From the human T2T-CHM13v2.0 reference genome, Homo sapiens, in NCBI RefSeq assembly GCF_009914755.1, contig NC_060926.1: DNA of 64,000 bases. One strand, written 5' to 3'. Below are positions 25,051-48,343 of the stretch, piece after piece (positions within the stretch are counted from its first letter, which is position 1; the number at the start of each line of letters is the position of its first letter). The notes beneath the pieces were generated by a model. The model was given only the letters and a program-made list of their open reading frames with translations, did no database searches and was not told the origin of the DNA. Both the position numbers and the translations under genes were made by a program.

Positions 25051-25630
25051 TTAATTAAAGCCAGCAAAGTAGTCATCAACGTTGACCCAGGATATAAGCT
25101 GAAGATGATGAACAGCCTTGAGGCAGTAAGGGAGGCCTGCCCTCCAACATCAGGAAGCCAAGTGAAGGCGTGACTCACCAGGGCAGGGTGGGGTTCCTGC
25201 GTGTGAGAAACCAGAATTGAGAGCTGCACCAGCTGTGTGGCCCCAGGTTTCTCAGGGTGAGGAGAGGCAGCCCAGGGGAAAGGCACTCGGGACCACACCC
25301 CAACTCACCTACCCTGTGTAAGTTTTTTCCATTGCATGTATCAACATCTAACATGTCATATATTTGATTTACCTCATTTATTCTCTGACTCCTTGCCTCC
25401 TGTTAGAATATAGGTTCTCTAGAACAAGGATTTTTATATGTTTTATAGAAGAACAGTAACTGAATCATAGCAGGTGTTCAAATACTGACTGAATGCATGC
25501 CTATATACATATAACTATGTTCATGATACTGTTTCTAGAAGGATCCACAAGAAAATGGCAGCAGACTGTCTCTGGGCAAGGGAAATGGAGGAATGGGTGG
25601 GGCAACTAAAACTTTTTACTGACTCTATAG

Positions 25631-30553
<4,923 letters not shown>

Positions 30554-31354
30554 TTAAGAGCAAAGGAGACCGGCTTCTGCATGGGAACGAACAACACAGA
30601 AGGACGTCCGTCACGCTGCTGGATGACTCTTAATATAAGAGTTCCAAGTCAAGGCGAACATCATGGAAGGAAGAAGTCCACAATGAGGCTGGGGTGAGGT
30701 TGGTAAATTCCAGTCCCTAACTTTAGCCCTTAGACAGCTACATTTAGATATTGGATATTTGCCACCCCTTTCAATTACTGGGCTCCAAGACATTACCTAG
30801 GAGAAGGCAGACTCTATATTCTGGATCTGCGACTAAAAAATGTTTTTGCACAAAACGTTTGCTCCTTTAGTTGTTTTTGCTTTTCTCTTTTGTCTCTACT
30901 TTCTAAGCCACTCCCTGTTTGCTGAGCTGAAAAGCAAGTTCTCAGCCCTGCTGTCTCTTTCTAAAGCCAGCTTGCCTGTAGCCCCCAGGGGTGAGGAGAG
31001 GTGTTAGAAGAAAACACTTCTCCCCTTCTGGGTCCCTTCCGCAGCTGGAGTTGGTGCACAGTGGGGATAATGAGAAAAAATAGGAAAGCAAAAAGGCTTT
31101 GTGGGAAAGGAAGGTGGCCACATACCAACGCTGGGTCTAGCTGGAGGGCAAGCAGGAAACATGAACAAAATGAAAACATGGAGAATTCCTATCAGACCAC
31201 TGCTTCACGGCATCCTAAGTTTTAATCAGGACGAATGTTCAGATAAACCCAAAAAATCCTTGAAACGAGGACAAATGCAACATTTGGCCCTCAAGTCGCT
31301 GCCTCCCATTGTCATCCCCTTTTGAAACAACAAAAAATATCACACATGTCTGAC

Positions 31355-31570
31355 CTGCCTGGCCAACATGGTGAAACCCTGCCTCTACTAAAAGTACAAA
31401 AATTAGCCGGGTATGGTGGCAGGTGCCTGTAATCCCAGCTACTCGGGAGAGGCTGAGGCAGCAGAATTGCTTGAATCTGGAAGGCGGAGGTTGCAGTGAG
31501 CTGAGATTGTGCCACTGTGTGTGTGTGTGTGTGTGTGTGTGTGGTGTATACACACACACACACATATATA
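31355..31570 (+). repeat. Truncated Alu ending in a (GT)n-(AC)n compound microsatellite
   Basis: Alu stops at gccactg (~31517), then (GT)13 ggtgtata (CA)7 tatata. Confidence 0.9.
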
Positions 31571-32885
31571 TCTCCCACATCTCCCACAAGATAAAGTCAA
31601 TATCTGGTCCGCTTTGATCGTTTCCTCCCTGTCATCATTGCCCCTGTGTCCCTCCTGGCACCTCTGCCCAAGCCTGGTCCAGCAGCCCCTTGCCCTGGAT
31701 TCCCACACCAGGCTACAGCTGTCCATCCACGCCCCCATCCCCTCCGAGAACACGCTTCCTCCTGCAGCCCGCTTCAGGACCAGCCCACACACCACCTCCT
31801 CCAGGGGCACTGGGGTTCCTGGAAGGTGCTGGCTCCTCCTCCCAACTCCAGGCACCCTGACGCCACTTTGTCAGTGTGGTTTTCACATCCTGTCCTAGCG
31901 GTATGTTTGTCTTTTCGCCCCCAGATTCACAGCTTCCTAAGTGAAGGAGCCAAGTCTTGCTCTTTTCTTTACCCTAGAACAAGATACAGTTTCTGATCAT
32001 ACTTAATATTTGATGAACAGATGTTTTCCTTTAAACGTTTAAAGTTTAACTTTTAAAATCTCAGTAAGAAATACATCTGACATTACCACCCAGACTCATA
32101 CACACATGTCACTGAATCAAAAGTTTCATGAAATAATACTTACTCTGTTGGATGCACTCTGATATTTTCTTTAATTTCATTTTTTAAAAAGTGCTTGTGG
32201 GGACTTGTAGGTGGAAAGCCATGGTCCTAAAGTGTACAGAGAAGCTGTCATTGCTAAAGTGAGAGAAGCTTTGCTTCCAAGCTAGGATCAGGTTAGGATT
32301 AAACTATAAACAGATGAGGGCTTCTGTTTGCTCTGATCTGCAGACTGAGAGAGTCTGGCCTCATTAAGAAACAGAAGCCAAGGCGGGGCTTACTGACGAT
32401 GATGGACTTCAAGCTCCTAGGGCCTGCTCTTTGCAGCTTTCCTGTTCAGTACTTTATATCTTTCCTTCACTCCTTTAACATACCCATCCCTAACTCACAA
32501 AGATTCCCCAGACTCCACCTGGTACCCCAGCGATATTGTGTGCACAGCTCTACGATGGCTCTTGTCACACTGTACTGTAATGCAAATCTTTTTTAGGTGG
32601 CTAGCTCTTCAACTGAGCTGCTGGAGGGATCCCGGCCAGGGAAATGCTGGCCAAAAAGAGTGTGTGAATGGGAGGAGAGGAACTTTTGCATCTTGGGGTC
32701 TAGAGGTGCCCATCTCTTCCTTGTTGTTGCCTGGGCAGGGGGTCACCACTGGCTCTGGAGCCACAGCGGGGAAAGGCAGGCCAGGGTACACCGTGGTGGA
32801 GCAGAAGGGCAGGGAGCAGTGATGTAATTCAATTACAGAACTCGGTTATCCCTTCACTTTGTGTAGAAAAGTCACCACTTAATAA

Positions 32886-33720
<835 letters not shown>

Positions 33721-33771
33721 AGAAAATGCATGACTGTTCCTCTTAATTATTTACCTAGCTCTGTTTTGTTA

Positions 33772-34478
<707 letters not shown>

Positions 34479-37400
34479 CCCATGTACACATTTACAAACA
34501 AAACAAGTACGGCCTAGCCCACATTCTCAGGAGCTTACAATTTTCCTTTAAGTAAAGTTACGTGGGAAGACCCTGAACTGTGGAGCAAAAAGGGCCTGCG
34601 TTGAGACTAGCTCTCCTGCTTGTCGTGCTGTGGTCTTGAGAAGCACCTGAACTCTTTGACCCCTTTCTCCTCATCTGTGGAATTAGGGTAACTATGCCAT
34701 TCCCCAGGCTTGCTACCAGGAGGAGAATGAGGGGACAGACTTGGGAGCAGCTCACATTCCTGAAGAAGTTAACGTTCTAAGGTATGGTGGTGACAAGCCG
34801 GACCGGGCAGAATACATTCTTCCCGTGGTGAAACAGAGGAAAATAAAGCTGGACAGACAGTGAAGGGCCCTGTCATGGAAAGCTCCAGCCAGACAGAGCG
34901 GTCTGGAGTTTGTTTTGCAGGCAGTGGTCATGGGGAAAGGCTTTGTGAAACTCACGGTTCAGCGGCTGAGTCTCACCGCCTGTGTAGCTTGGGTGGGGTG
35001 GAGTGAGACTGGAGGCTGGGAAGCACCTGAGAGGTGTCAAGGGCTGCCGTGTGGACTTAGCCTGGGGCAGTGGGAGGGGTAGGGGTGGAAGGCAGGCCAC
35101 AGGAGTGAAAATAGGGCCCCGGTTTCCAGGGCGTCGTTCCCCCTGCATCTTGCTCTCTGCCTTTCTCCTCTTGTCCTTCTGTCTCCACCCCTATCCCCAT
35201 CTCCCAAATGCTTCAGAGCATAAAGGTGCTGCCCAGCCAAAATCACCCGCACAAACTCCAGGTAAACTTGGTCTGGGCAGCTTTGAGTGGGTCATGAGTG
35301 GAGGAAGGGCAGGCCCACTCTTTCCTTAGTATATGAGTGAGAAAAGCGACCGCTGGTTAGATCTCACAGGAAACCAGAGCCTTGTGGCAGCACCTGACTT
35401 CAGGTGCAGCACAGCCCACGGAGTGAGAAGCTGACACCTCTGTGCCTGCTGAGGCAGGCTGCTCCTTCTACACCAGGCCAGGGAAATCAGGTCACCCACT
35501 CCAACAGTCTGCCGGACGCTGGGGACTGACTGCTGCCTCTGGGGCATCCACCACAAAGGATTCATGGACTCACTGACAGGGCCAGGCACCTGGCTAAGGA
35601 TCTCAAACTGGTGCGGCCCACGGGTCCATTCAATCTATAGATGGGTTTTGTGCGGCCAACACCGTCCTTCTTGTCTACCTGTTGTATATGCATTCTGGCC
35701 TTGCCCCTGAGTTTATGAATTTACCAACCCCACCTTAGCAGGGCATGAAGAAATGCAAAGGCGCTCCAGGAGCTTCTGATTTTGCTGGGAAAACAAAACA
35801 AGTATACAGGCAAAGAGGGAGGACAATGGCAGACCCAATGCATGGGGCAGTCATCTGCATTTCTGAGTTGAATTTAGAGAAGAGATCTTCTCCCACAGAT
35901 GATAAAGGGGTGCATAGAGGTGAGGTGCACACGGCCTGGGGGAAGTCAGCCCTGGGATGAGCATGGGAGAGGGAGGTTCCCCAGTGGGGAAGGACACGAG
36001 GGTATGGACTGGAGAAAATCTGCATGGCTGGGCCCCATTCCACAAACAGAGGGCCCCGAGAGGTGTCTGCGTAAGGGAGTGATGATGAAGGCACATGGGG
36101 AGAGTGTACAGGACTGGGCCACCCAGGAATCAATAATCTGGAAAAGGTGGCAGAGTGGGGAGCTCTGATTCAGGAGAGGCACTGCTTTGGGAGAAATCTC
36201 AGAGGATGTAAAGACTGATGCCGTGTGGAAGTTGGATTCAAAGGACACCAGGCTTGAAGCTTCAGAGTATGTAAGAGAGGTGCAGCTCTGGTTATTGAAG
36301 CAGGGGAATCATGAGAGGGAGGTTGCTCAGGGTGGGAGGTGAGAAGCTGAGACATTTTGGTTTAAATGTTATATTTAACAGAAGAGATATGCAGCTTACA
36401 TTGAGAGCTATGGGGCAGGACATGGAGGCCTGGTGGAAAAGTGCATGTGGAGGTGATGATTTAGGGCAGGGATGGATTCGGTGAAACCCCAAAAAAAATG
36501 TGGAGGGACAGATACTGGGGATAAGGAAAAAGGAAATTGTTGTGGAACTGGAGAGGTGGGGTGTACACAGGTGTCAGGGGAGAAGACAGTCCTAGGGAAG
36601 TGCTCTATTAGCATTACCAATTGCAGAGGTTTCAGAAAGAGTGCTGAGAAGAGGCTGGGGCGTCTGAAGCTAAGGGGCAACAAGATTTTCAGCAGGGGTG
36701 CGGAAACGGGCAATACCTTTCAGGGTAGAGGAGAGCAGGTGCAGGGGAAGGAAGGTGGACTGGTAGAGACTGCTATCTCAGGGAACAGGCAGTGGAAGTG
36801 ATGGGTAGGAAGAAAAAGGAAGGCATAGATGTTTGGAGGCAAAAGGGAAGGAGACAGTGAGAAGGAAGTGCTGAATTTGCTGAGGACAAAGGAGAAAATG
36901 AGACAGAAAGAGGCAGATGAGGTGGACGGGGTAGACGGAGATGCTAATCTTGGATTTCACAACAGGCTGCATCCCCTATCCCTCCACTGTGTGCCAGGCC
37001 TACCAGCCTGCACCTGGCCCCAGTACCCCCAGGCCTTGGTCTTTATTCTTGTGGTTAGGCAGCATGGAAGTCAGGCAACTGGATGGACCAGGCATTCTCT
37101 GGGAATGGCCAAGGGTGTTCAAAGCTCAGGGCTGGGACCCAGAGCACCAGCAATTATTCCTTTTCCCGTTTGCTACTGATTCTTCTTTTCTTCCTTCATC
37201 ATAGGGCCCATCAGAGCTGGTGGCTAGAAATCATCCAGAGGGCTGTAAACATTAGTGAGGCACTGAGTGGTCCCTGTTTCGGCCAAGGCATAAGCAGACA
37301 GATGGGAAGTGAAAGTGGGTAACCACTGAAAGGTGAGGGCGAGGGCTGGTTTCATCATCAGCGCCGCTGGCAACAAGAGCTATTAAGAGCCAGCCTTTGG

Positions 37401-38183
37401 CGAGACAGTAAGGAACTACAGATTTAAAATTCCTAGCAGCAAAGCTGTGTCTCTTCAGGGTTTGGTTACCCATGCTGATCCCATAACAACCACCATGCCA
37501 ATGGCAGGGAACATCAACAAGCAAGGTGGTGACCATGAGGATGACCTTGCCACAAAACCAACCATACACCCCACACCCCTGGGGAAGGAGGCACCCACCA
37601 GCTGGGCCCTGTGGGGCTGTTCCAGAAAGTGCAGGTTGGGAGGAGGATGGAGTGAGGAAAGAGGCCAGGGTCTAAATGGAAAGGGCCAGTGAAAGGGAGA
37701 GACAGGCTTGTTAATCAATGACCACTACAGAGTTGGAAAGAGAAGGCAAAGAAAATGCCTCACTGCTGAGGATCAGCGTCCAAAGATTTCATTCTACTGA
37801 GAGTTAAAGAGATGCCAAAGCCGGGATTAATGTTGGCAAAGGAGATATGGATGGGCCATGACACCACCAGCCATATGTAATCAGAAGGGGATCAAAAAAC
37901 ATCCCCAGCCTTGAAATTGGCATTTTCTCTTATGTGCTGGGTGGACATTTGGCAATATCATATAAAATGAAAATATTTGCATAGCCCATGACCCAGAGAG
38001 TCCACTTGCATAAGGACGTGCTTTATAATGGTCTATTCCACTGCAGATAATAAAAGAAGGCGTGCAAGAAGATCTATATGCAGTGACGTGCAAAGGTATC
38101 AAGAACAAGTTGCGAAACCCCATGGTATGATTTCATCTGATTAAAAGAAAAAAGGTATACACTATATATTATAGTGAAAATAC

Positions 38184-38187
<4 letters not shown>

Positions 38188-38214
<27 letters not shown>
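38188..38214. repeat. (TG)n microsatellite
   Basis: Direct read. Confidence 0.95.
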
Positions 38215-38217
<3 letters not shown>

Positions 38218-38329
38218 TACAAGTAATGATTAAAAGTAGTTATGTCGGGGGGTTAGACTAGAAAGTTGAGATTCTAAGGAGGAGCATTTTTCACTTGATA
38301 TTCTTCTCTATGGTATAGTTTTTACATGA

Positions 38330-43215
<4,886 letters not shown>

Positions 43216-44039
43216 TACAGGTATTATTATTACCTCATTCATCTGGGGATGGGGAGGGCATTGGTGGGTGGAGAGGAGCTGGTTCTCCTTTACTCCAAGG
43301 CTCCTACCTTCTCTTCCCTGGATGTTCTCGCCCCTGCTCCCATGCAAGTCCTCACAGACGGCCTCTGAAGCCGCCTTTGTTCCTGGTCTGGTTCCACAAC
43401 GTTCCCATGCCCACTTGAGCTCCCTCTACTCCAAGTAGACTATTTCCAGGATGAGTACTTCAAGTACATCGAACAGTGACCTCAAATGCATTTCCTTGAC
43501 TGTGCCTCTCTGAACTAAAAAGTGCAGAAATGTCATTGCTTCCTTCTTTTGTCTGGTCTTCCACAGGGCTAGGTTGGGATCCGGGGGGAGAGTAGCTTTC
43601 CTAGCTCTCAGCAGCTCAACTCCACCGAATTAGTGAACGATGGACATGTCCCCAAGAGGACTCTAAACCCACAGTCCCCAACATGGTGTTCTGCAGCATG
43701 CCACAGGTCATCTTGTTCTGTCCTCTCTGAGGGTGAGGTTGGAGAGGGACCCTAGGCTCACAGGCTCAGTGACAGTGACTCACCAAAGATCCTGTGGGCA
43801 GTCAGGGTCTGGGCCAGGCCAGTGAGCCCATTCATATGGCATGAGCCACAACACTGTTCCTCTTCCTCCGGCAGCAGCCCGTTTTGCGTGTCCCCTCACT
43901 ATGAGCCGTGGGAGAAATTTGAAAGGGCTTGGATCAGAGGGCAGGGAGAAGAGGGTGGTCCTGACATCTGACACATACTTCATTTTAAACATGGGCTATG
44001 TATGACAGGCCTTCAGCTAGTTATTGAACAAAGAGAATA

Positions 44040-44235
44040 AGAGCCCTTTTACAAGGGCTTTACATATATTCATTCATTTGGTCCTCACAACAGCACTGTG
44101 AGTTAGAAGTCTCAATCTCACCCCTTTACAGATCAGGAAACTGAGGCAGATAATTTATTTGCCTATGGTCACAGGACTAGTGAGTGACAGAGCAGGTGGT
44201 TTGGTCTTACAGTCTATGTGTTTAACCACTACACC
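44040..44235. mobile_element. MIR fragment
   Basis: MIR core: cctttacagatcaggaaactgaggcaga..ttgcctatggtcacag. Confidence 0.7.
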
Positions 44236-45929
44236 AAACCACCTCCCTAAGATGCTAGAGGGGGTTTGTGCCAATGCCTGGATTCTAAGAGATTAGATTC
44301 TCTTTAGGATCTCTGACCTGTTTCCTCAGCATTCAGAGATAAGGCCAGAAACAATGCCATTTGTGCACGAACTGACAACTGACGGTCCTCCTACCTCCTA
44401 TTTCTATTTAAAAGGCACTGTAACTTCTTTCCACAGGCAGATCCCTACCTCTCCTCCCTTAGGGGAGGACGAAGGTGTCCCAGCCAAGGAAGATCCTGGT
44501 CTCCAAGGGCTGTACCCTACTGATCCGGAGGCAAAGCAGTGAGGGCCCACCCCAATTCCTCACCTCCCATTCTACTCTTCGGCAGAAGCATCTCAGTGTT
44601 GGAAAGATAAGGATTTCTTCCTAAAAAGGAAGGATTACACTATATCAGAGTCTGAAGATACAGTTTTCATTTGCAACGCAAGGGAATTCCTTTGAATCTC
44701 TACCTTATGATTTCCCTGCAAACCCACTCCGATGGGGCTGGAGAATGCTCTCTCACTCAGATGAATCTCTCAGGGGTTGTCCAGCAGGTGTTTGCCAACT
44801 TGAAGAGCTACCTACTATCACAGACCTATAAAAGTACGCCTGTGGACAGACTGAAAACAAACAAACAAAACACACACACAAACACACAAAACAACCGCAC
44901 ACTGGGAGAAGTTCTAGGCAATTTCCTTGCAAATAACTGCTTTGAAAATTACTGTTTTAAATTGGCAGAACACTAAGGACTTTGAACAGATCATCCCTTT
45001 TACTCAATGTTTTCATAACCTTGAAGTGAAGGTGGAGGGAGCAGTACGTTTTAAGGTGCCAGGATTACACTACGGGGTCAGTGCTCCCGGATATGAACTT
45101 TCTTTTTCAGACCGACCTTGGGACCTACAGCTTTGTAAGTTACTCATACAACTCCATCAAATGTTACAGGTAGGTCAGAGGACATTCAGGTTGTTTAAGC
45201 CTCTATAAATGACTCAGGCAGCAACAATTTACAACGTCTTTGTTTCTGCTATGCAGTGCCCTCCTGCTAGAGATGGCAAAAATGTGGGGAGGGCTTCAGA
45301 GCATTCTAAGCCTGGTATTTCTGGCTGGAATTTTTAAATCTCACTACAATCCTGACAAGAGACCACGACCTTAATCTCCCACGGCATGACTGGTTAGTCT
45401 TGATCGTAAGCCATATAATCAACACCCAAATGTGCATAACACATCTAAATAATGTCAAAACTACACTATATACCACGCAGGGGACCAGAAATCAATCTTT
45501 ACCTCAAAAGGATAAGCTTCCAGGATGCAATAACATCCCCTTCCACCCTTTTCTACATCCTAAAACAGTAATATTCACGGTAACAGCAAAGCGGAAATCA
45601 GCTTTTCCTGAACATGTACTGAATTCTAGTCACATTCACACACGTTAATTCATTTAATTCCAGCCACAAGGTAGGCAGCCTCTGTTAACATTTTACAATT
45701 GTGAGAACGCAGAGATCTGGGACTGGCTCAAGGTGACACACTGCAGCAAGGAGTCAGAATTTGAATCCGAAGCAGTGTCCTTCCCCCTCGCAACAGCTGC
45801 GGCGTTACAAACACAGGTCAGCCACGGAGAAATTAATGACCCACAGCCATCCTTGCAGCTCTGCGCCATAACTGGGGAGACAAGCTGGTTCCCGTGACTC
45901 TTCAGTCTGTTTTCACCCAAGTGCATGAC

Positions 45930-47200
45930 TGCGGGAGCAAAGCGACCACGTGAGCATCCCCCCCCCACCCCCCCGCTTCCCCCAGGCGAGGGACAGTGCC
46001 AGGCCAAGGACAAGTCACAGGTGCAACAACGTGCCAGAACTGGATCCGGAGCCCCAGGGCGCAAGATCTCCCGCAGCGTCACCCGGCAGAGGGACGGGTG
46101 TGGCCACCGGGCGCGGCAGCTCCTGCGTGCGCTGAAAGTGCGGCTGGAGGCGCGGACGGCTTTCCGGAGCCCCGAGAGAGGAGCTAGGAATGACTTTGGT
46201 CGCAGCCTCTGTAACCCCGCATGACGGCCTCTAGGGGGACAGCGAGGTCCCCCTCGATCTCTGGCTGTAATCAGCCGGCGGGGCCAGACGGTGCCGAGAC
46301 TCCAGGGCGAGGCCGCAGGGAGGGGGCTGTCCCGCCCCACGTGGACCGGCTCCCCGCTGGGGGCGTGGCCGCCGAAGCGGGCCGGGCCAATGAGCGCCAC
46401 CGTCGGGCTCACCCGGCTGGGCACGCCGGGCCGAGGAGGGCTGCGTCATGCCGGGGGCGGGGCTTCGGGGCCGGCGCGAGGCGCGGCGGGGTCACGCGGG
46501 TCGCTGCGCGGGCTATAAGTAGGGGCCGGCGGGGTGCTCCGCTGGAGTGATGGCTGCCGGCGCTCTCTGCGTGGTTCTTCTTCTCGGCCGCTGAAACCCC
46601 CGCGGCTGCTTCCTGGGAAGGTCGTGAGTCCCGCTGAGCTGTCCCCGGTGCCGCCGACCCGGGCCGTGTGCCCGTGGCTCCAGCCGCTGCCGCCTCGATC
46701 TCCTCGTCTCCCGCTCCGCCCTCCCTTTTCCCTGGTGAGTAGTGGCGCCGCCTCGTAAAGGCTCTTTCTTCTCCCCGGGGCCGGGCGCGGACGCCGTGGC
46801 GCTGGAGGCGGACGCCGTGGGCGGCGCGGCTGGCTTCTCTCTTCGCCGCTGGCCGCCTCCACTCCGCCCGTCTGCCCGCCCGCGGGCCTTTTTGGCGGTC
46901 CCCGGGCGGCGCGCGCGGGAACGGCCCTTTTCCGATTTTCGCGCGGAGGGCGCGCGCGGGCTGGCAGCGCAGGGGCTGGGCTGGGCGCGCGCGGGCCGCG
47001 GAGGACCCGGAGCCACGTGCCTCTCCTTCTCGCGCGTCCTACTGGGGATGGGGGTCTGGAGTAGCCGGCAGAGGCTATTGCGGGACCCCGGGCGCGTGGG
47101 TAGAGCGGGGTGCCCCACTGGCCCCCCAGGGGCACGCAGCTATTGTTATTTCCCCCCTCCCCCGCAGGATGAACTTGCGTCCTTTCTCTTCTCCGCCATG
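45930..47200 (+). promoter_or_regulatory. SLC20A1: CpG-island promoter of SLC20A1
   Basis: Very high GC and CpG. TATAA 46514-46518, CCAAT 46387-46391, GC boxes 46331-46338 and 46454-46463, CRE/ATF-like TGCGTCA 46442-46448, CACGTG at 45947, 46338 and 47014. Confidence 0.9.
46545..46734 (+). other. SLC20A1: SLC20A1 exon 1 (5'UTR); start approximate (TATA+30)
   Basis: Ends at donor CCTG|GTGAGT (46734/46735). Confidence 0.8.
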
Positions 47201-47433
47201 GAATTCTGCTCCGTGCTTTTAGCCCTCCTGAGCCAAAGAAACCCCAGACAACAGATGCCCATACGCAGCGTATAGCAGTAACTCCCCAGCTCGGTTTCTG
47301 TGCCGTAGTTTACAGTATTTAATTTTATATAATATATATTATTTATTATAGCATTTTTGATACCTCATATTCTGTTTACACATCTTGAAAGGCGCTCAGT
47401 AGTTCTCTTACTAAACAACCACTACTCCAGAGA
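47168..47433 (+). other. SLC20A1: SLC20A1 exon 2, 5'UTR portion (contains uORFs)
   Basis: Acceptor ccccctcccccgcag|G at 47167/47168. Confidence 0.85.
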
Positions 47434-47767
47434 ATGGCAACGCTGATTACCAGTACTACAGCTGCTACCGCCGCTTCTGGTCCTTTGGTGGACTACCTAT
47501 GGATGCTCATCCTGGGCTTCATTATTGCATTTGTCTTGGCATTCTCCGTGGGAGCCAATGATGTAGCAAATTCTTTTGGTACAGCTGTGGGCTCAGGTGT
47601 AGTGACCCTGAAGCAAGCCTGCATCCTAGCTAGCATCTTTGAAACAGTGGGCTCTGTCTTACTGGGGGCCAAAGTGAGCGAAACCATCCGGAAGGGCTTG
47701 ATTGACGTGGAGATGTACAACTCGACTCAAGGGCTACTGATGGCCGGCTCAGTCAGTGCTATGTTTG
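47434..47767 (+). CDS. SLC20A1: SLC20A1/PiT1 exon 2 coding part (334 nt)
   Basis: MATLITSTT...[13 protein letters not shown] (PiT signature)...YNST glycosylation sequon; donor G|GTAAGT. Confidence 0.98.
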
Positions 47768-47928
47768 GTAAGTTCTTTTTATGTTTTGTCCTCTTCGTGG
47801 TGGGTGAGCAAATTTGTATCATGGGTGGTTCCATTTTTGTGCATAACCTTTCCGATTAACCTTTCTGAATGTGCCACTTACATAATGGAATTTTGATATT
47901 TACTTAATAAAACTTTACTATGTTTCAG

Positions 47929-48069
47929 GTTCTGCTGTGTGGCAACTCGTGGCTTCGTTTTTGAAGCTCCCTATTTCTGGAACCCATTGTATTGTTGGTG
48001 CAACTATTGGTTTCTCCCTCGTGGCAAAGGGGCAGGAGGGTGTCAAGTGGTCTGAACTGATAAAAATTG
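47929..48069 (+). CDS. SLC20A1: SLC20A1 exon 3 (141 nt)
   Basis: tttcag|GT; [27 protein letters not shown]; G|GTATGT. Confidence 0.97.
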
Positions 48070-48257
48070 GTATGTTTAATTCCAAACGGCTTCTTAATTT
48101 TCGTTTTCGTCATATGTTACCATGGCATTAGGTATGGGAGGATGTGTTCTAACGTCGAGGGACAGACCCAAGAATTTTGAACTCTTAAACATTTAAAGTG
48201 GTTTTTGGTTTCTGATTTTCATTATTTGATATTTTTTCTTAATGTGTTCTATTCCAG

Positions 48258-48343
48258 TGATGTCTTGGTTCGTGTCCCCACTGCTTTCTGGAATTATGTC
48301 TGGAATTTTATTCTTCCTGGTTCGTGCATTCATCCTCCATAAG
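48258..48343 (+). CDS. SLC20A1: SLC20A1 exon 4 (86 nt)
   Basis: ttccag|TG; MSWFVSPLLSGIMSGILFFLVRAFILHK; AAG|GTAACC. Confidence 0.97.

Noticed and set aside
45693-47275. Long ORFs (243, 229, 201 and 177 aa) over the promoter and intron 1
   Set aside because: Arg/Pro/Gly/Ala-rich products of a stop-poor CpG island with no recognisable domain. Only the last 25 codons of 46742-47275 matter, as the uORF
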